Positions 45,319 to 56,799 of a stretch of 64,000 bases of DNA are shown here, in pieces. The stretch spans positions 1,280,935 through 1,344,934 of the forward strand of contig OZ242303.1 in the NCBI GenBank assembly GCA_965207945.1, written 5' to 3'. Position numbers and translations under genes: made by a program. The notes beneath the pieces are model-generated. The model had not been told where the DNA came from. It saw only the letters and a list, made by a program, of their open reading frames with translations, and searched no databases. Every line of letters starts with the position of its first letter. Position 1 is the first letter of the stretch. Source of the DNA: Gammaproteobacteria bacterium. GTDB lineage: Bacteria; Pseudomonadota; Gammaproteobacteria; CBDBNL01; JAAOII01.

Positions 45319-46398
45319 TTATTTTTTCAAACAGCTAATTAATGAATCGGCGATGCTGTGTAATAAATCAAAATAACCGCTGCGGCTAAGCGCAACATCC
45401 TCTCCTAATACATCAATCACTCCCTGGCGGACACCTGTCCCCGCCACCAATTTATTCAGCGAACGTTTACTCAACTGTGGCTCGCTAAAAACACAAACTA
45501 CATTACCAGCGCGAATCTTTTTATTAATCTCCGCTAAATGTCTGGCGGAGTATCCCGTTTGTGGTGATGGGGTTACATAGCCCTTGTAAGAAAGGTCAAA
45601 CTCATTAACAAAGTATCCAAAAGCGTCATGCATAGTAATAAATGATTTATCACTAACCGCGGATAACTTGCGGCGCAGGAGTACGTTTTGTTTGTCCAGT
45701 TCTTTAAGGAACTTGGCTAAATTCTTCTTGTATACAGGCGCTGATGCAGGATTGACCTTTTGCATGTAAGCGCTGATTGCCCGCGCCGTCCGTCCAGCGA
45801 GTTTTGGCGAAAGCCATATATGCGCATCAAAGGAATGGTCGTGGACTTCTTCATTTGTTTTATGCTCGTCTTCATGTTCTGCATGCTCATCATGGTCTAC
45901 ATGGTCGTCATGTGCTTCATGCTCATCGTGGTCGTCATGGTCGTCATGTGCTTCATGCTCATCGTGGTCGTCGTGGTCTGCATGGTCGTCGTGTGCTTCA
46001 TGCTCATCATGGTCGTCGTGGTCATCTTCTTTTGCTTCCTTGCTTCCTTCTTTGAGTCCCAGTTCTTTGATAAGTTCCAGAGTATGCTTAACATTGCGCA
46101 GTGGCTTGACTAAATTACTTTCCAAATCCTTGCCTGCCCAGACGACCATATTTGCTTGTTTCATCCTCACTATGTCCGATGGTTTTAAGCGATGAGTATG
46201 GGGTGAGCTTGTAGGGGGAATAATTAGTTCAAGTTTATCCTCATCAGTAATGAGGGACGCCATTATTAATTGTAGCGGTTTGATGCTCACAACATAATTG
46301 CCGTGCGGCGCGTCGTCTGCCATAAGTTTCAATGGAGTTAATAGCAGAGAAGACGATATAAATAAAAAGTAAAATATAGGTTTGTTCATAGTTATCAT
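45319..46398 (-). CDS. znuA: zinc ABC transporter periplasmic binding protein with His/Asp-rich loop
   Basis: Cluster-9 SBP fold residues, and a (DHDDHDEHEAHDDH)n loop encoded by a near-perfect tandem DNA repeat at about 45880-46020. Confidence 0.85.
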   Translation of the reverse strand: MITMNKPIFYFLFISSSLLLTPLKLMADDAPHGNYVVSIKPLQLIMASLITDEDKLELIIPPTSSPHTHRLKPSDIVRMKQANMVVWAGKDLESNLVKPLRNVKHTLELIKELGLKEGSKEAKEDDHDDHDEHEAHDDHADHDDHDEHEAHDDHDDHDEHEAHDDHVDHDEHAEHEDEHKTNEEVHDHSFDAHIWLSPKLAGRTARAISAYMQKVNPASAPVYKKNLAKFLKELDKQNVLLRRKLSAVSDKSFITMHDAFGYFVNEFDLSYKGYVTPSPQTGYSARHLAEINKKIRAGNVVCVFSEPQLSKRSLNKLVAGTGVRQGVIDVLGEDVALSRSGYFDLLHSIADSLISCLKK

Positions 46399-46441
46399 GG
46401 TTTAATTTTAGGTTATCACGAGAATTCTGGATGTGTGTTGT

Positions 46442-47560
46442 TTAGCCGTTCCACCGCTTGGGTTTAATTCTGCTGGGTTTAATTCTATTGGGGATTAGCC
46501 CCTTAATTCCCTCAACTTTGTATCTGCCCCAAAGCATTGAAAATAAATAACTAATCCTGCGTTTTTTCATTACTACAAATGTTGGAATTGCTGTTAGTGT
46601 AGCCAGTAGAGTTATCAAGAATAGAGTTGCATCGTCTGGCGCATCCCCTCTTGATGAATCAACTCTTGTATACTCACTCTTTGGCGAATCATCAGAGTCA
46701 CCAAGTAATGGTTTCAGCTTGTTATATAGCGCCAATCTTTGCAACTCTCTTATGTATACAAATGTAAACTTATCCAATGCCGAATAATGGGCTACCAAGG
46801 TTTGAGGTGCTCCAGGGTTGGTTACCAGGGCGCTGTCCTTTACCAAGACATTTAGCTTGCTATAGCCCCTTTGCTTAATTATGCGGAACTCTTCTTGTAG
46901 TAGCACTTTATCTGCGGGTAGTGTAGGAATATTATGCATGGCTAAAGCAGTGGCGAATACTGTTTCATCGGCGACAGGTATTTGTTGTAGAGGGCGCAAG
47001 CCCAATTCTGAACGCTTTTCGTATAGTTCGCGTGCTGTGGTAAAAACCTGCTGCGCTTTGTCGCTTCTATTAAAATATATTAAACCCCCTATTGTATGAG
47101 AGAACTTAGTGATTCCGCACTTGTTAAGGTAATGAGTAACGTCTTCAATGGCAAAATTATTATCGCCGCTTGTGAACTCTTTTTCCCCTTGACGTTGGAT
47201 TGCTACGGGGAGATTATCCGCAGTCATCATCTGCCATAGTAGTTGTGGTTCGGTATAAAGAAGACAATCCGCTTCAATAAATATGGTTTCTTGAAAGGGG
47301 CTGTAGGTATCAATAAATAGTTTGTGCACTGTTCCCAAGCCGTATTCGGGTTTTGGTTTGATGACAGCGTCAGCCATGTTTGCCAGCTCTTTATCCTGGC
47401 TATCACTGATAATGGCAACGGGGAAGTTGGTGTCATTAGTATCATATTGTTTAATGGAGCGGATGAGTCCCTTTGCCATTTCCACATAGTAGGCGCTGCG
47501 TTTATAACGGTTGACACCATCTGCCAAAGTAAGAAAACCCCTGTTTGTCATCGCGAGCAT
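46442..47560 (-). CDS. hypothetical protein, possible membrane-anchored nucleotide-sugar transferase-like
   Basis: No firm motifs. C-terminal TM helix (LFLITLLATLTAIPTFVVM); IISDSQD / IEADCLL acidic motifs. Confidence 0.35.
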   Translation of the reverse strand: MLAMTNRGFLTLADGVNRYKRSAYYVEMAKGLIRSIKQYDTNDTNFPVAIISDSQDKELANMADAVIKPKPEYGLGTVHKLFIDTYSPFQETIFIEADCLLYTEPQLLWQMMTADNLPVAIQRQGEKEFTSGDNNFAIEDVTHYLNKCGITKFSHTIGGLIYFNRSDKAQQVFTTARELYEKRSELGLRPLQQIPVADETVFATALAMHNIPTLPADKVLLQEEFRIIKQRGYSKLNVLVKDSALVTNPGAPQTLVAHYSALDKFTFVYIRELQRLALYNKLKPLLGDSDDSPKSEYTRVDSSRGDAPDDATLFLITLLATLTAIPTFVVMKKRRISYLFSMLWGRYKVEGIKGLIPNRIKPSRIKPKRWNG

Positions 47561-47656
47561 GGGGATGATTTGTCGCGAGTATCAAACATTTTGCGGGCGG
47601 AAACTATATTTATCCCCCCTGGCTCCGCCCCTACAGACCTGCGTCGCGAGTATCAC
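47548..47656. mobile_element. REP/MITE-like element, copy 2, flanked by 13-bp direct repeat GTCGCGAGTATCA
   Basis: Core cattttgcgggcgg...ggctccgcccctacagacc (47587-47639). Direct repeats at 47572-47584 and 47643-47655; the second includes the oadB stop codon. Confidence 0.6.
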
Positions 47657-48783
47657 CCCAAGAACTTTATCATAACTCCTGCGGCAACTGCAGAACCAAT
47701 TACTCCCGCTACATTTGGTCCCATAGCATGCATAAGCAAAAAGTTATGTGGGTTCTCTTCATTGCCCACCTTATTGGCTACTCGCGCCGCCATTGGAACT
47801 GCGGAGACACCCGCCGCTCCAATCAATGGATTAATCGGTGTTTTACTAACCTTGTTTAGTAGCTTGCCCATCAGCACTCCCATAGCAGTGCCCAAAGCAA
47901 AAGCCACAACGCCCAATAGCAAAATAGCGATAGTCCTTTCTTCCAGAAATTCAGCGGCGCTTAGTTTAGAGCCGACAGCAATTCCTAATAAAATGGTAAC
48001 TATATTAATCAAAGAGTTCTGCAATGTGTCGTTTAGGCGGTCCACCACTCCGCTTTCACGGATGAGGTTGCCAAGGCAGAACATTCCCAGCAATGGAGTA
48101 GCATCGGGTAGGAACATAATAACCAAAAGCAGCAGGATTATAGGAAAGATTATTCTCTCAACCTTAGAGACCTGACGCAACTGATGCATAACTATGCCGC
48201 GTTCTTTTTTAGTGGTTAGCAGACGCATTATAGGCGGTTGGATTAATGGCACTAACGCCATATAAGAATAGGCGGCAACTGCTATGGGACCTAATAAATC
48301 TGGCGCCAGTATATTAGAGAGGTAAATTGCTGTGGGACCATCAGCGCCGCCAATAATCCCAATAGCCGCCGCCTCTCTTAACGTGAAGTCAAAGATGCCA
48401 ACATTACTAAGCGCTACTGCCCCCAGCATAGTGGCAAATATGCCAAACTGAGCTGCAGCGCCAAGTAGCAGAGTTTTAGGGTTTGCCAACATGGGGGAGA
48501 AATCAGTTAGCGCCCCGACGCCCATAAAAATTATCAAAGGGAAAATACTGGTTTGGATGCCAAAAGAATAAAAGTAATAGAGGATTCCGTCAGGACCAGC
48601 CATGTCTATAATCGGCGCGTTGGCGAGCAAGCCGCCAAAGCCAATGGGGAGCAGTAGTAAGGGTTCAAATTTTTTGAATATTGCCAGATACAGCAATATC
48701 AGGCATATTAATATCATTATCCCCTGCCCTGCGGTTATGCTACGTATTCCCGTGCCTTCCCAGATTATGTTTACGTATTCCAT
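47653..48783 (-). CDS. oadB: Na+-translocating oxaloacetate decarboxylase beta subunit
   Basis: OadB-type multi-TM protein. [30 protein letters not shown] is characteristic of this family. Confidence 0.8.
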   Translation of the reverse strand: MEYVNIIWEGTGIRSITAGQGIMILICLILLYLAIFKKFEPLLLLPIGFGGLLANAPIIDMAGPDGILYYFYSFGIQTSIFPLIIFMGVGALTDFSPMLANPKTLLLGAAAQFGIFATMLGAVALSNVGIFDFTLREAAAIGIIGGADGPTAIYLSNILAPDLLGPIAVAAYSYMALVPLIQPPIMRLLTTKKERGIVMHQLRQVSKVERIIFPIILLLLVIMFLPDATPLLGMFCLGNLIRESGVVDRLNDTLQNSLINIVTILLGIAVGSKLSAAEFLEERTIAILLLGVVAFALGTAMGVLMGKLLNKVSKTPINPLIGAAGVSAVPMAARVANKVGNEENPHNFLLMHAMGPNVAGVIGSAVAAGVMIKFLG

Positions 48784-48827
48784 TTTTAGTGATTGTTAGT
48801 GGCTTCTTATTAGAATTATAACTGGGA

Positions 48828-50723
48828 TTATGTAGCCAAGCTCATTATCTTAGCGCCAACTGCCACGCTATCCCCTTGGCGAATATGGATGCTGGATACT
48901 CTGCCATTGTAAGGCGAGCGCACTTCAGATTCCATCTTCATTGCTTCCAGTACCATCAAAACATCGCCCTCTTTAACTTCTTGTCCTTGTTCAACCGCAA
49001 GTTTGAATACATTGCCAGCTAAGGGCGCGGTAATTATTTGTTCATTGCCAGATGCCGCCTCTGATACAGGGCTTGGCGCTGGGGCGGGTGTGGGCGCAGC
49101 GGACGCCGACATAGTGGGGCTTGCTTCTCCAGTAGGCCTGATAGATTTGCCATCTATGGATCCACCTGCAGCGCCAACTTCCACCATAAACTCTTTGTTG
49201 TTAACCTTAACCCTATAGGTGGCGGGCATTGATGATGCTGACGCTGTAGCCGCGTCCCCACCTGCCTCGCCTGCCCCACTTGATTCGCCCTCTTGTGGCA
49301 CTGCCTCAAAAGCTGCGGGGTTATCACGATTGTTAAAATACTTTAGGGCAACTTGAGGGAATAAAGCAAAAGCCAATACATCATCAATCTCGTTTTTTGC
49401 CAGCGTAAATCCTTCACTTTTTGCTTTCTCCTTTAGTTCGGTGGTAAGCTGGGCTAGCTCATCCTTCTTGCCTGCTGGGTCATAAGGAGACACTTCCTCT
49501 CCGTCCAAGATTCTCTTTTGCAGTGCTTCATCCACTGCTGCTGGGGTCTTGCCATATTCGCCCTTAAATATGCCAGCGGTTTCTTTGGTTATGGTTTTAT
49601 ATCTCTCACCGCTCATAACATTCATTATCGCCTGCGCCCCTACTATCTGAGATGCAGGGGTAACCAAAGGAACATAACCAAGCTCCTTGCGGACTTTAGG
49701 AATCTCTTGCAAAACCTCATCAATCTTATCAGACATGTTTTGCTCGCGCAATTGGTTTTCCATGTTGGTGAGCATTCCGCCTGGCACCTGCGCCACCAAG
49801 ATGCGTGGGTCAACTCCTTTTAAGGCGCCCTCAAACTTGGCATATTTTTTACGCACGGGACGAAAGTAATCGCTTATTTCAATAAGCTTGTCAATATCCA
49901 GTCCTGTATCATAAGGAGTCCCTTGCAAGATAGCCACCATTGATTCTGTTGCCGTGTGTCCATAAGTCATGCTCATTGAGGCGATGGAAGTATCTATGGT
50001 ATCAGCCCCTGCTTCAATTGCCTTAACTGCGGTTGCAGTGGATAATCCAGTAGTGGCGTGGCAGTGAATATGCACTCTTAATTGAGTTGCGCTTTTTATT
50101 TTCTTCACCAAGTCATAGGCGGTGTATGGGGTTAGCAACCCAGACATATCCTTAATGGCGATGGAATTAACTCCCAGCCCTTCAAGGTCTTTTGCTTGCT
50201 TAACCCAAGTGTCTAAAGTATGAACTGGACTAATGGTATAAGAAAGCGTCCCTTGAGCATGCCCCTCAAACTCCAACACTGCTTTAATAGCTGTCTCAAG
50301 GTTGCGCAAATCATTCAAGGCATCAAATACACGAAAAACCTTGACGCCGTTTGCCACAGAACGTTCAACAAACTTACGCACAACATCATTGGCATAATGG
50401 CGATAACCCAGGATATTTTGCCCGCGCAATAGCATCTGCTGCGGGGTGTTTGGCATTGCCTTGCTTATTTGGCGGATTCTATCCCAGGGGTCTTCGCCTA
50501 AAAATCTAATACAAGAATCAAAAGTCGCCCCGCCCCAAGATTCCATAGACCAGTAGCCAATCTTATCCAGTGCATCAGCTATAGGCAACATATCATCCAG
50601 ACGCATTCTGGTGGCGAGCAGTGATTGATGCCCGTCGCGAAATACTAATTCAGTTATAGATACTTTATGTTTTATCGGGTGTTTTGCGGGGTGTTGTTGC
50701 GGATTATTTTTGTGGGAGTTCAT
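48828..50723 (-). CDS. oadA: oxaloacetate decarboxylase alpha subunit (carboxyltransferase + biotinyl domain)
   Basis: N-terminal TIM-barrel carboxyltransferase ([10 protein letters not shown]) and C-terminal biotin attachment [10 protein letters not shown]. Confidence 0.9.
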   Translation of the reverse strand: MNSHKNNPQQHPAKHPIKHKVSITELVFRDGHQSLLATRMRLDDMLPIADALDKIGYWSMESWGGATFDSCIRFLGEDPWDRIRQISKAMPNTPQQMLLRGQNILGYRHYANDVVRKFVERSVANGVKVFRVFDALNDLRNLETAIKAVLEFEGHAQGTLSYTISPVHTLDTWVKQAKDLEGLGVNSIAIKDMSGLLTPYTAYDLVKKIKSATQLRVHIHCHATTGLSTATAVKAIEAGADTIDTSIASMSMTYGHTATESMVAILQGTPYDTGLDIDKLIEISDYFRPVRKKYAKFEGALKGVDPRILVAQVPGGMLTNMENQLREQNMSDKIDEVLQEIPKVRKELGYVPLVTPASQIVGAQAIMNVMSGERYKTITKETAGIFKGEYGKTPAAVDEALQKRILDGEEVSPYDPAGKKDELAQLTTELKEKAKSEGFTLAKNEIDDVLAFALFPQVALKYFNNRDNPAAFEAVPQEGESSGAGEAGGDAATASASSMPATYRVKVNNKEFMVEVGAAGGSIDGKSIRPTGEASPTMSASAAPTPAPAPSPVSEAASGNEQIITAPLAGNVFKLAVEQGQEVKEGDVLMVLEAMKMESEVRSPYNGRVSSIHIRQGDSVAVGAKIMSLAT

Positions 50724-50732
50724 GTTAATTTT

Positions 50733-50936
50733 TTACTTCTTTGATATTTTGTGGTGTTGGACTGCCGCAGTTACGGCTGCTAGCTGCAGTTCATCTTCCT
50801 CTGCTTCATCTTTATTAAAAAAGGAAAAGACCCAGGATGATGTCATTAATAGGAGAATTAAAACTCCTAAAAATATAAATACATAAGTAAGTCCTGCTGC
50901 CGCAAGATTAACTGCTTCTACAAAATCGCCTGTCAT
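50733..50936 (-). CDS. oadG: oxaloacetate decarboxylase gamma subunit
   Basis: 67-aa single-TM protein directly upstream of oadA. Confidence 0.6.
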   Translation of the reverse strand: MTGDFVEAVNLAAAGLTYVFIFLGVLILLLMTSSWVFSFFNKDEAEEDELQLAAVTAAVQHHKISKK

Positions 50937-51003
50937 AATTTATCTTTAATGTACTTTAAATGTACTTTAATAATTTACTTTAATAAGTTAATAAAATCAA
51001 AAT

Positions 51004-51077
51004 TCGGGGTAGCAAGATTTGAACTTACGACCTCCTGCTTCCGAAGCAGGCGCGCTACCAAGCTGCGCTATACCCCG
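51004..51077 (-). tRNA. tRNA-Pro (anticodon CGG)
   Basis: Reverse complement is CGGGGTATAGCGCAGCTTGGTAGCGCGCCTGCTTCGGAAGCAGGAGGTCGTAAGTTCAAATCTTGCTACCCCGA. Anticodon loop TTCGGAA. Confidence 0.8.
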
Positions 51078-51151
51078 TTTGCTTACTCCCCCGGCTTACT
51101 TGCTGCCTATAAAGTTTATTGGCTATGGACTATATGGGCTACTGTATTGGG

Positions 51152-51550
51152 CTACGAGAATAAACGCCGCCGCCCATTATTAATCAAGCCATCTATAGAC
51201 CAGTAGCCAGCGCCAAAGCCCGTTATTGCCAAAAGCCCGCCAGCAAGCGCTATGTTCTTCTGAAAAGCGATCATTTCTGATGTTTGGCTAAAATCGTTAT
51301 GAAATAGAACTGCAGCAAGAATAGAAAACGCAGCTAAGCCAAAAGCGCTGTATCTGGCAAGAAACCCCACAACAAGCAATATACCTCCCGCTAATTCAAC
51401 AACTATCACAACTGGCAAAAGAACTGCCAACACCCCCTTACTTTCCATGTATAATCCAACATTGGCATAGTTAAATATCTTGCTTACCCCAGATAAAATA
51501 AATATCTGAGCTAACGCCGACCGCCCAATAAAAATAAAAAAATGACTCAT
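51152..51550 (-). CDS. DoxX-family membrane protein
   Basis: 132 aa with 4 TM helices. ALAQIFILSGVSKI...LLPVVIVVELAGGILLVVG is typical of DoxX. Confidence 0.6.
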   Translation of the reverse strand: MSHFFIFIGRSALAQIFILSGVSKIFNYANVGLYMESKGVLAVLLPVVIVVELAGGILLVVGFLARYSAFGLAAFSILAAVLFHNDFSQTSEMIAFQKNIALAGGLLAITGFGAGYWSIDGLINNGRRRLFS

Positions 51551-51876
51551 TAATATAATTCCCGTAGTTAATAATTCCTGTAGTTAATAATACCAGTGTT
51601 TATTATAAAACGGAATAATAGATATATGAAAGTTAAGTTATTTTAATATTCTATAACTTACTCGTTATGCTATAATTATGCAGTACGCAAATACTGCGTA
51701 AATGAATACTAGTGGGGCTTGAATCTTACCCATAACTCATAAGAGAGTTATGCGAGTTTGGTTGAGGCAATACTTAGTATAAAGAATGATGTGTATGTTA
51801 CTTATTAATTGCTTACTATATATAGCAGAACTAAGTAAATAATCATCTTATTTTTATATCAACCATACAATTAGTT

Positions 51877-52938
51877 ATGAATATAAATAAACTAACAAAA
51901 GGTTTGCTTCTTAGCGTTGTTACCGCCAGCTTTGTAATTGGCTGCGCGCCACAACAACAAGCAGATGAAGAAGCAGGCGAAACAACAGGAACTTTGGATC
52001 TTGTTAGAGAAAGAGGAACTTTAATCTGCGGTGTAGACGGTGGTCTGCCCGGTTTTTCAGCTCCCGATTCAAGTGGCAGAATGTCTGGCTTAGATGCTGA
52101 TACTTGCCGCGCTATAGCAGCTGCTGTTCTTGGCGATGCTGACAAAGTAAACTTTGTTGCATTGACTGCCAAAGAAAGATTCACCGCTTTGGCTTCTGGT
52201 GAAATAGATGTGTTAGTCCGTAACACCACCTGGACGATAACCCGTGATTCCACATTGGGAATTAACTTTGCTGGTGTTAACTACTATGATGGCCAAGGTT
52301 TCTTGGTTAAAACATCTCTTGGAGTTGATGATGCGCTTGAACTTGATGGCGCTTCTGTATGCATCCAAGCAGGGACCACTACCGAGCTTAACTTAGCTGA
52401 TTACTTCCGCGTTAATGACATGGAATATAATGCCATAACTTATGATACTTCCGTGCAAACCAAAGAAGGTTTTGATACAGGAAGATGCGAAGTTCTCACA
52501 AGTGATACATCTCAGTTGGCTGCCATCAGAACACAGCTTGCTGACCCAAGTAGCGCTGAAATTTTAGGTCAAGTTATCTCAAAAGAACCATTAGGACCAG
52601 TTGTTCGCCAAGGCGATGACGCTTGGTTTAATGTGGTTAAGTGGGTAATGTATGCTTTGGTAAATGCCGAAGAATATGACATTGACTCATATAATGTTGA
52701 CTCTTTGAGAAGCGACAGTGATAACCCTAATGTTAGACGTTTGTTAGGCACCGAAGGTGAAACAGGCAAAGGCATAGATCTTAGTGATGATTGGGGCTAT
52801 AACATAGTTAGCCAAGTTGGCAACTATGGCGAGATGTTTGACAGAAATGTTGGAGCAGATTCCGCTTTGGAATTACCTCGTGGCGTAAATGCTCTATGGA
52901 GCAGAGGCGGCATAATGTATGCGCCTCCTATTAGATAA
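51877..52938 (+). CDS. aapJ: general L-amino-acid ABC transporter substrate-binding protein
   Basis: Lipoprotein-like signal, then a family-3 SBP. Followed by two permeases and an ATPase. Confidence 0.75.
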   Translation: MNINKLTKGLLLSVVTASFVIGCAPQQQADEEAGETTGTLDLVRERGTLICGVDGGLPGFSAPDSSGRMSGLDADTCRAIAAAVLGDADKVNFVALTAKERFTALASGEIDVLVRNTTWTITRDSTLGINFAGVNYYDGQGFLVKTSLGVDDALELDGASVCIQAGTTTELNLADYFRVNDMEYNAITYDTSVQTKEGFDTGRCEVLTSDTSQLAAIRTQLADPSSAEILGQVISKEPLGPVVRQGDDAWFNVVKWVMYALVNAEEYDIDSYNVDSLRSDSDNPNVRRLLGTEGETGKGIDLSDDWGYNIVSQVGNYGEMFDRNVGADSALELPRGVNALWSRGGIMYAPPIR

Positions 52939-53031
52939 TACATTCTAATATGATATAAACGGGGGCTGCTCCTGTCGCAATCTTGTGGCAATACAGCAGC
53001 CCTTGTTTTTTATCTAACACAATAATTTAGT

Positions 53032-54240
53032 ATGAAAATTCATAAAATAAGCAACACTAAATTATTTGATAGCAGCACTCCTTTTTATCGCAATAAAAAA
53101 TTGCGTGGATTGTTTTATCAAATAATTTTGATTGCTATAGTCCTGTTCTTTTTCTGGTCTATATTCAACAATACTCTCCATAATATGGATAAAAGAGGGA
53201 TACAAACTGGCTTTCGCTTTCTTGGGCTTGAGGCAGGATTTCCCATACTCTTTAGTCCTTTTATTGAATATAAAACAGGGGTAAGCTCTTATGCCACCAC
53301 CTTCTTTATCGGGTTACTTAATACGATTCTAATAAGCGTTTTAGGGATAATATTTGCAACTATTATTGGGCTTGTTGTCGGGCTAGCTCGTCTTTCCAGT
53401 AACTGGTTAATATCACAGCTGGCAAATATGTATATTGAAATTTTTCGTAATATTCCCTTGCTATTGCAGATAATGTTCTGGTATTTTGCAATTCTGATTC
53501 CCTTTCTGCCGCACGTTCAAGAAAGCGGCACCCTGTTCAATGGCGCTGTGGTTCTTAATAAAAAGGGGTTATTCTTTCCGCAACCTATCATAGAAAGCGG
53601 TTTTATTTATATAGTTATCGCATTGGCAATTAGCATAGTCCTATCAATAATATACAGACGTCGGGCAAAACGAGTACAAGTAGCAACAGGCAAACAATTG
53701 CCAATCGCCCTCCCCGTCTTAGGAATTTTAGTATCCTTGCCGCTAATAGCATATTTTGCTCTGGCTACTCCTCTTGTTTTGGAAATGCCAGTGGCAGATA
53801 AATTTAGCTACAAGGGCGGGTTAAACCTTATACCTGAGCTTACCGCATTGGTGTTTGCTTTATCAATATATACTGCAGCATTCATAGCAGAGAATATAAG
53901 AGGCGGAGTGTTGGCAGTGTCTCATGGACAAACCGAGGCATCATATTCGTTGGGATTAAATCGCTGGCAAACTTTGCGTTTAGTGATTATTCCGCAGGCG
54001 CTTAGAATTATAATCCCGCCACAAACAAGTCAGTATCTCAATCTTACTAAAAACTCATCTTTGGCAACTGCGATAGGTTATCCAGATTTAGTTGCTGTTT
54101 TTGCGGGAACTGCCCTCAATCAAACAGGCAAGGCGGTGGAGATAATCGCCATGACTATGTTGGTGTATTTAATACTTAGTTTATCAACCTCTGCCCTGAT
54201 GAATTTGTATAACAAGAAAGTAGCAATAATAGAAAGGTAA
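53032..54240 (+). CDS. aapQ: amino-acid ABC transporter permease
   Basis: Polar amino acid permease fold with EAA-like loop (ALSIYTAAFIAENIRGG). Confidence 0.75.
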   Translation: MKIHKISNTKLFDSSTPFYRNKKLRGLFYQIILIAIVLFFFWSIFNNTLHNMDKRGIQTGFRFLGLEAGFPILFSPFIEYKTGVSSYATTFFIGLLNTILISVLGIIFATIIGLVVGLARLSSNWLISQLANMYIEIFRNIPLLLQIMFWYFAILIPFLPHVQESGTLFNGAVVLNKKGLFFPQPIIESGFIYIVIALAISIVLSIIYRRRAKRVQVATGKQLPIALPVLGILVSLPLIAYFALATPLVLEMPVADKFSYKGGLNLIPELTALVFALSIYTAAFIAENIRGGVLAVSHGQTEASYSLGLNRWQTLRLVIIPQALRIIIPPQTSQYLNLTKNSSLATAIGYPDLVAVFAGTALNQTGKAVEIIAMTMLVYLILSLSTSALMNLYNKKVAIIER

Positions 54241-54244
54241 TATT

Positions 54245-55360
54245 ATGGAAAATAACAAACAAACACTGATAATGAGATTACAAATCAACCAAGGTCCTAT
54301 TGGTTGGGCTTATCGTAATCTTTTTTCATCACCATTGAACATAGCGCTTACTCTAATTGGAGCATGGCTTCTATATACTATATTTTCTAACATTATTTCT
54401 TGGGGGCTGGTGAATGCCAACTGGAGCGGCACCACTGGAGAAGATTGTATTAAATCAGGCGCCTGTTGGGTGTTTATTAAACAAAACTTTCTGTTTATAA
54501 GTTTCGGCTTCTATCCACAGGATTTTGTGTGGCGTCCCACTTTAGCGGGCTTTATTGGAGTCCTCTTAGCGATTCCCCTCTTCCTCAAGATTATTCCGGT
54601 TAAGATAAAGCTGTACTTGGGAGTTACTCTGCTGGTCCTCTTTCCAGTGTTTTCTTACGCCATCATCCATGGTTCATTATTCGGTATAAAGCTGCTTGAC
54701 CCAGTAATACCCACCGATAGATGGGGTGGACTTATGTTAACGATAGTGCTTGCCAGTGTGGGAATGGTAGCATCTTTACCTATTGGTATTGTATTAGCTC
54801 TTGGCAGGCGCGCCGATAATATGCCGCTTATCAAAATGGTTTGTATTATTTTTATTGAGTTCTGGCGTGGAGTTCCGCTTATCACCGTGCTATTTATGGC
54901 ATCGGTTATGCTTCCTTTATTTTTCCCTGAAGGAACAGATTTTGATAAACTGGCGCGCGCTCTTATAGGCATCACCCTGTTTCAATCCGCTTATATGGCG
55001 GAGGTGATTCGCGGTGGTTTGCAAGCCATAGACAAAGGGCAATATGAGGCGGCAGATGCTTTAGGGCTCACTTACTGGAAAAAAACAACCTTTATTATTA
55101 TGCCTCAAGCATTACGCTTAGTTATCCCTGGAATAGTTAACACCTTAATCGCCTTATTCAAAGATACTTCATTGGTATATATCATAGGCATGTGGGATTT
55201 ATTGCACTCTTCTTATGGCGCAACTCGCAACCCCGAGTGGTTGAAATATGCCATTGAAGGGCTTGCTTTCGCCGCATTGGTGTTCTGGATTTGTTGCTTC
55301 GCCATGTCGCGTTACAGCCAAGCAATAGAAAGTAAGTTATCCACGCGACAAAACAAGTAG
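54245..55360 (+). CDS. aapM: amino-acid ABC transporter permease
   Basis: Second permease; [16 protein letters not shown]. Confidence 0.75.
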   Translation: MENNKQTLIMRLQINQGPIGWAYRNLFSSPLNIALTLIGAWLLYTIFSNIISWGLVNANWSGTTGEDCIKSGACWVFIKQNFLFISFGFYPQDFVWRPTLAGFIGVLLAIPLFLKIIPVKIKLYLGVTLLVLFPVFSYAIIHGSLFGIKLLDPVIPTDRWGGLMLTIVLASVGMVASLPIGIVLALGRRADNMPLIKMVCIIFIEFWRGVPLITVLFMASVMLPLFFPEGTDFDKLARALIGITLFQSAYMAEVIRGGLQAIDKGQYEAADALGLTYWKKTTFIIMPQALRLVIPGIVNTLIALFKDTSLVYIIGMWDLLHSSYGATRNPEWLKYAIEGLAFAALVFWICCFAMSRYSQAIESKLSTRQNK

Positions 55361-55404
55361 CTAAATTAGCAAGATTAGCAAAATCAACTAGGAGAATTAT
55401 TATT

Positions 55405-56154
55405 ATGAAAAAATCACAAGAGAATATTATAGAAATCGTCAATTTGAACAAATGGTTTGGCGAATTGCACGTTCTGCGAGACGTAAATATGACAGTTAGA
55501 AAAGGAGAAAAAATAGTTATCTGCGGTCCTTCTGGCTCGGGGAAATCAACCCTCATAAGATGCATAAACAAACTGGAAGAACATCAGTCCGGCACAATAA
55601 TGGTTGATGGTATAAAGTTGACCGATGATATTAAGAATATTGATATGGTGAGACGCGAGGTGGGGATGGTGTTTCAGCATTTCAATCTTTTCCCTCATTT
55701 AACTATTATGGAGAATCTAACCCTAGCGCCTATATGGGTGCGTAAAGAGTCCAAGAAGGAAGCAGAAATGACTGCAATGAAGTTTTTGGAACGGGTTAAG
55801 ATCCCTGAGCAAGCTGATAAGTATCCCGGTCAATTATCGGGTGGGCAGCAACAAAGGGTTGCAATAGCGCGCAGCTTATGTATGAATCCAAATGTCATGC
55901 TGTTTGATGAGCCGACATCGGCGTTAGACCCCGAAATGATTTCCGAGGTGTTGGACGTAATGATAGAACTTGCGGATGAAGGAATGACTATGGTTGTAGT
56001 GACCCATGAGATGGGATTTGCCCGCCGAGTTGCAGATTGTATTATCTTTATGGATAAAGGCGAGATTGTGGAATCAAGCCCACCTGAGCAATTCTTTGAG
56101 AAACCCAAAAGTGATAGAACTAAGCTATTCCTTGAACAAATTCTCGCCCACTAA
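55405..56154 (+). CDS. aapP: amino-acid ABC transporter ATP-binding protein
   Basis: Walker [10 protein letters not shown], signature [13 protein letters not shown], Walker [12 protein letters not shown]. Confidence 0.9.
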   Translation: MKKSQENIIEIVNLNKWFGELHVLRDVNMTVRKGEKIVICGPSGSGKSTLIRCINKLEEHQSGTIMVDGIKLTDDIKNIDMVRREVGMVFQHFNLFPHLTIMENLTLAPIWVRKESKKEAEMTAMKFLERVKIPEQADKYPGQLSGGQQQRVAIARSLCMNPNVMLFDEPTSALDPEMISEVLDVMIELADEGMTMVVVTHEMGFARRVADCIIFMDKGEIVESSPPEQFFEKPKSDRTKLFLEQILAH

Positions 56155-56206
56155 TTCTTTATATGCTATAATGGGCTACAATATTTAATTTTATAGAATA
56201 TACGAA

Positions 56207-56788
56207 ATGGAACATACATTACCTAAATTAGATTATGATTATGGAGCATTGGCTCCTCATATCTCTGAAGAGACGATGACTCTTCATCACAGCAAACATC
56301 ATCAAACCTACGTAACTAAACTAAACGACCTTATCAAAGGCACAGAATTTGCAGATGCATCATTGGATGATATTGTGCGTAAGTGTCCCGATGGTCCTAT
56401 ATTTAATAACGGAGGACAACACTGGAATCACTCTATGTTCTGGCAGCTGCTAAGCCCTAATGGCGGCGGCGAACCACCAACAAAATTACTTGAGTTGATC
56501 AATTCTGATTTCGGTTCTTTTGATAAATTTAAAGAACAATTTGAGCTATGTGGAGCCAATACTTTTGGTTCTGGCTGGGCATGGCTAGCTCAAAATGATA
56601 AGGGCGGGCTCGAACTTATGAGCTGCTCAAATGCAGATAACCCGTTGAGGCATGGCAAGAGTGCTCTTTTCGGAGTAGATGTTTGGGAACACGCTTATTA
56701 CGTAGATTATCGTAATAGGCGTCCTGAATATCTTAAATCAATCTGGAATATAGTTAACTGGGAAATTGTCGCTAGCTTGTTAAAATAG
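56207..56788 (+). CDS. Fe/Mn superoxide dismutase
   Basis: LPKLDYDYGALAPHISEETMTLHHSKHHQTYV, NNGGQHWNHSMFWQ, DVWEHAYY metal ligands. Confidence 0.9.
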   Translation: MEHTLPKLDYDYGALAPHISEETMTLHHSKHHQTYVTKLNDLIKGTEFADASLDDIVRKCPDGPIFNNGGQHWNHSMFWQLLSPNGGGEPPTKLLELINSDFGSFDKFKEQFELCGANTFGSGWAWLAQNDKGGLELMSCSNADNPLRHGKSALFGVDVWEHAYYVDYRNRRPEYLKSIWNIVNWEIVASLLK

Positions 56789-56799
56789 CTGCGGTACCA

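Noticed and set aside
47324-48175. 283-aa plus-strand ORF
   Set aside because: It runs antisense across the 46442-47560 gene, the REP element and oadB, and has no motifs. It is a GC-rich antisense artefact.
50949-51206. 85-aa plus-strand ORF
   Set aside because: It overlaps the minus-strand tRNA-Pro and the doxX 3' end, so it is spurious.
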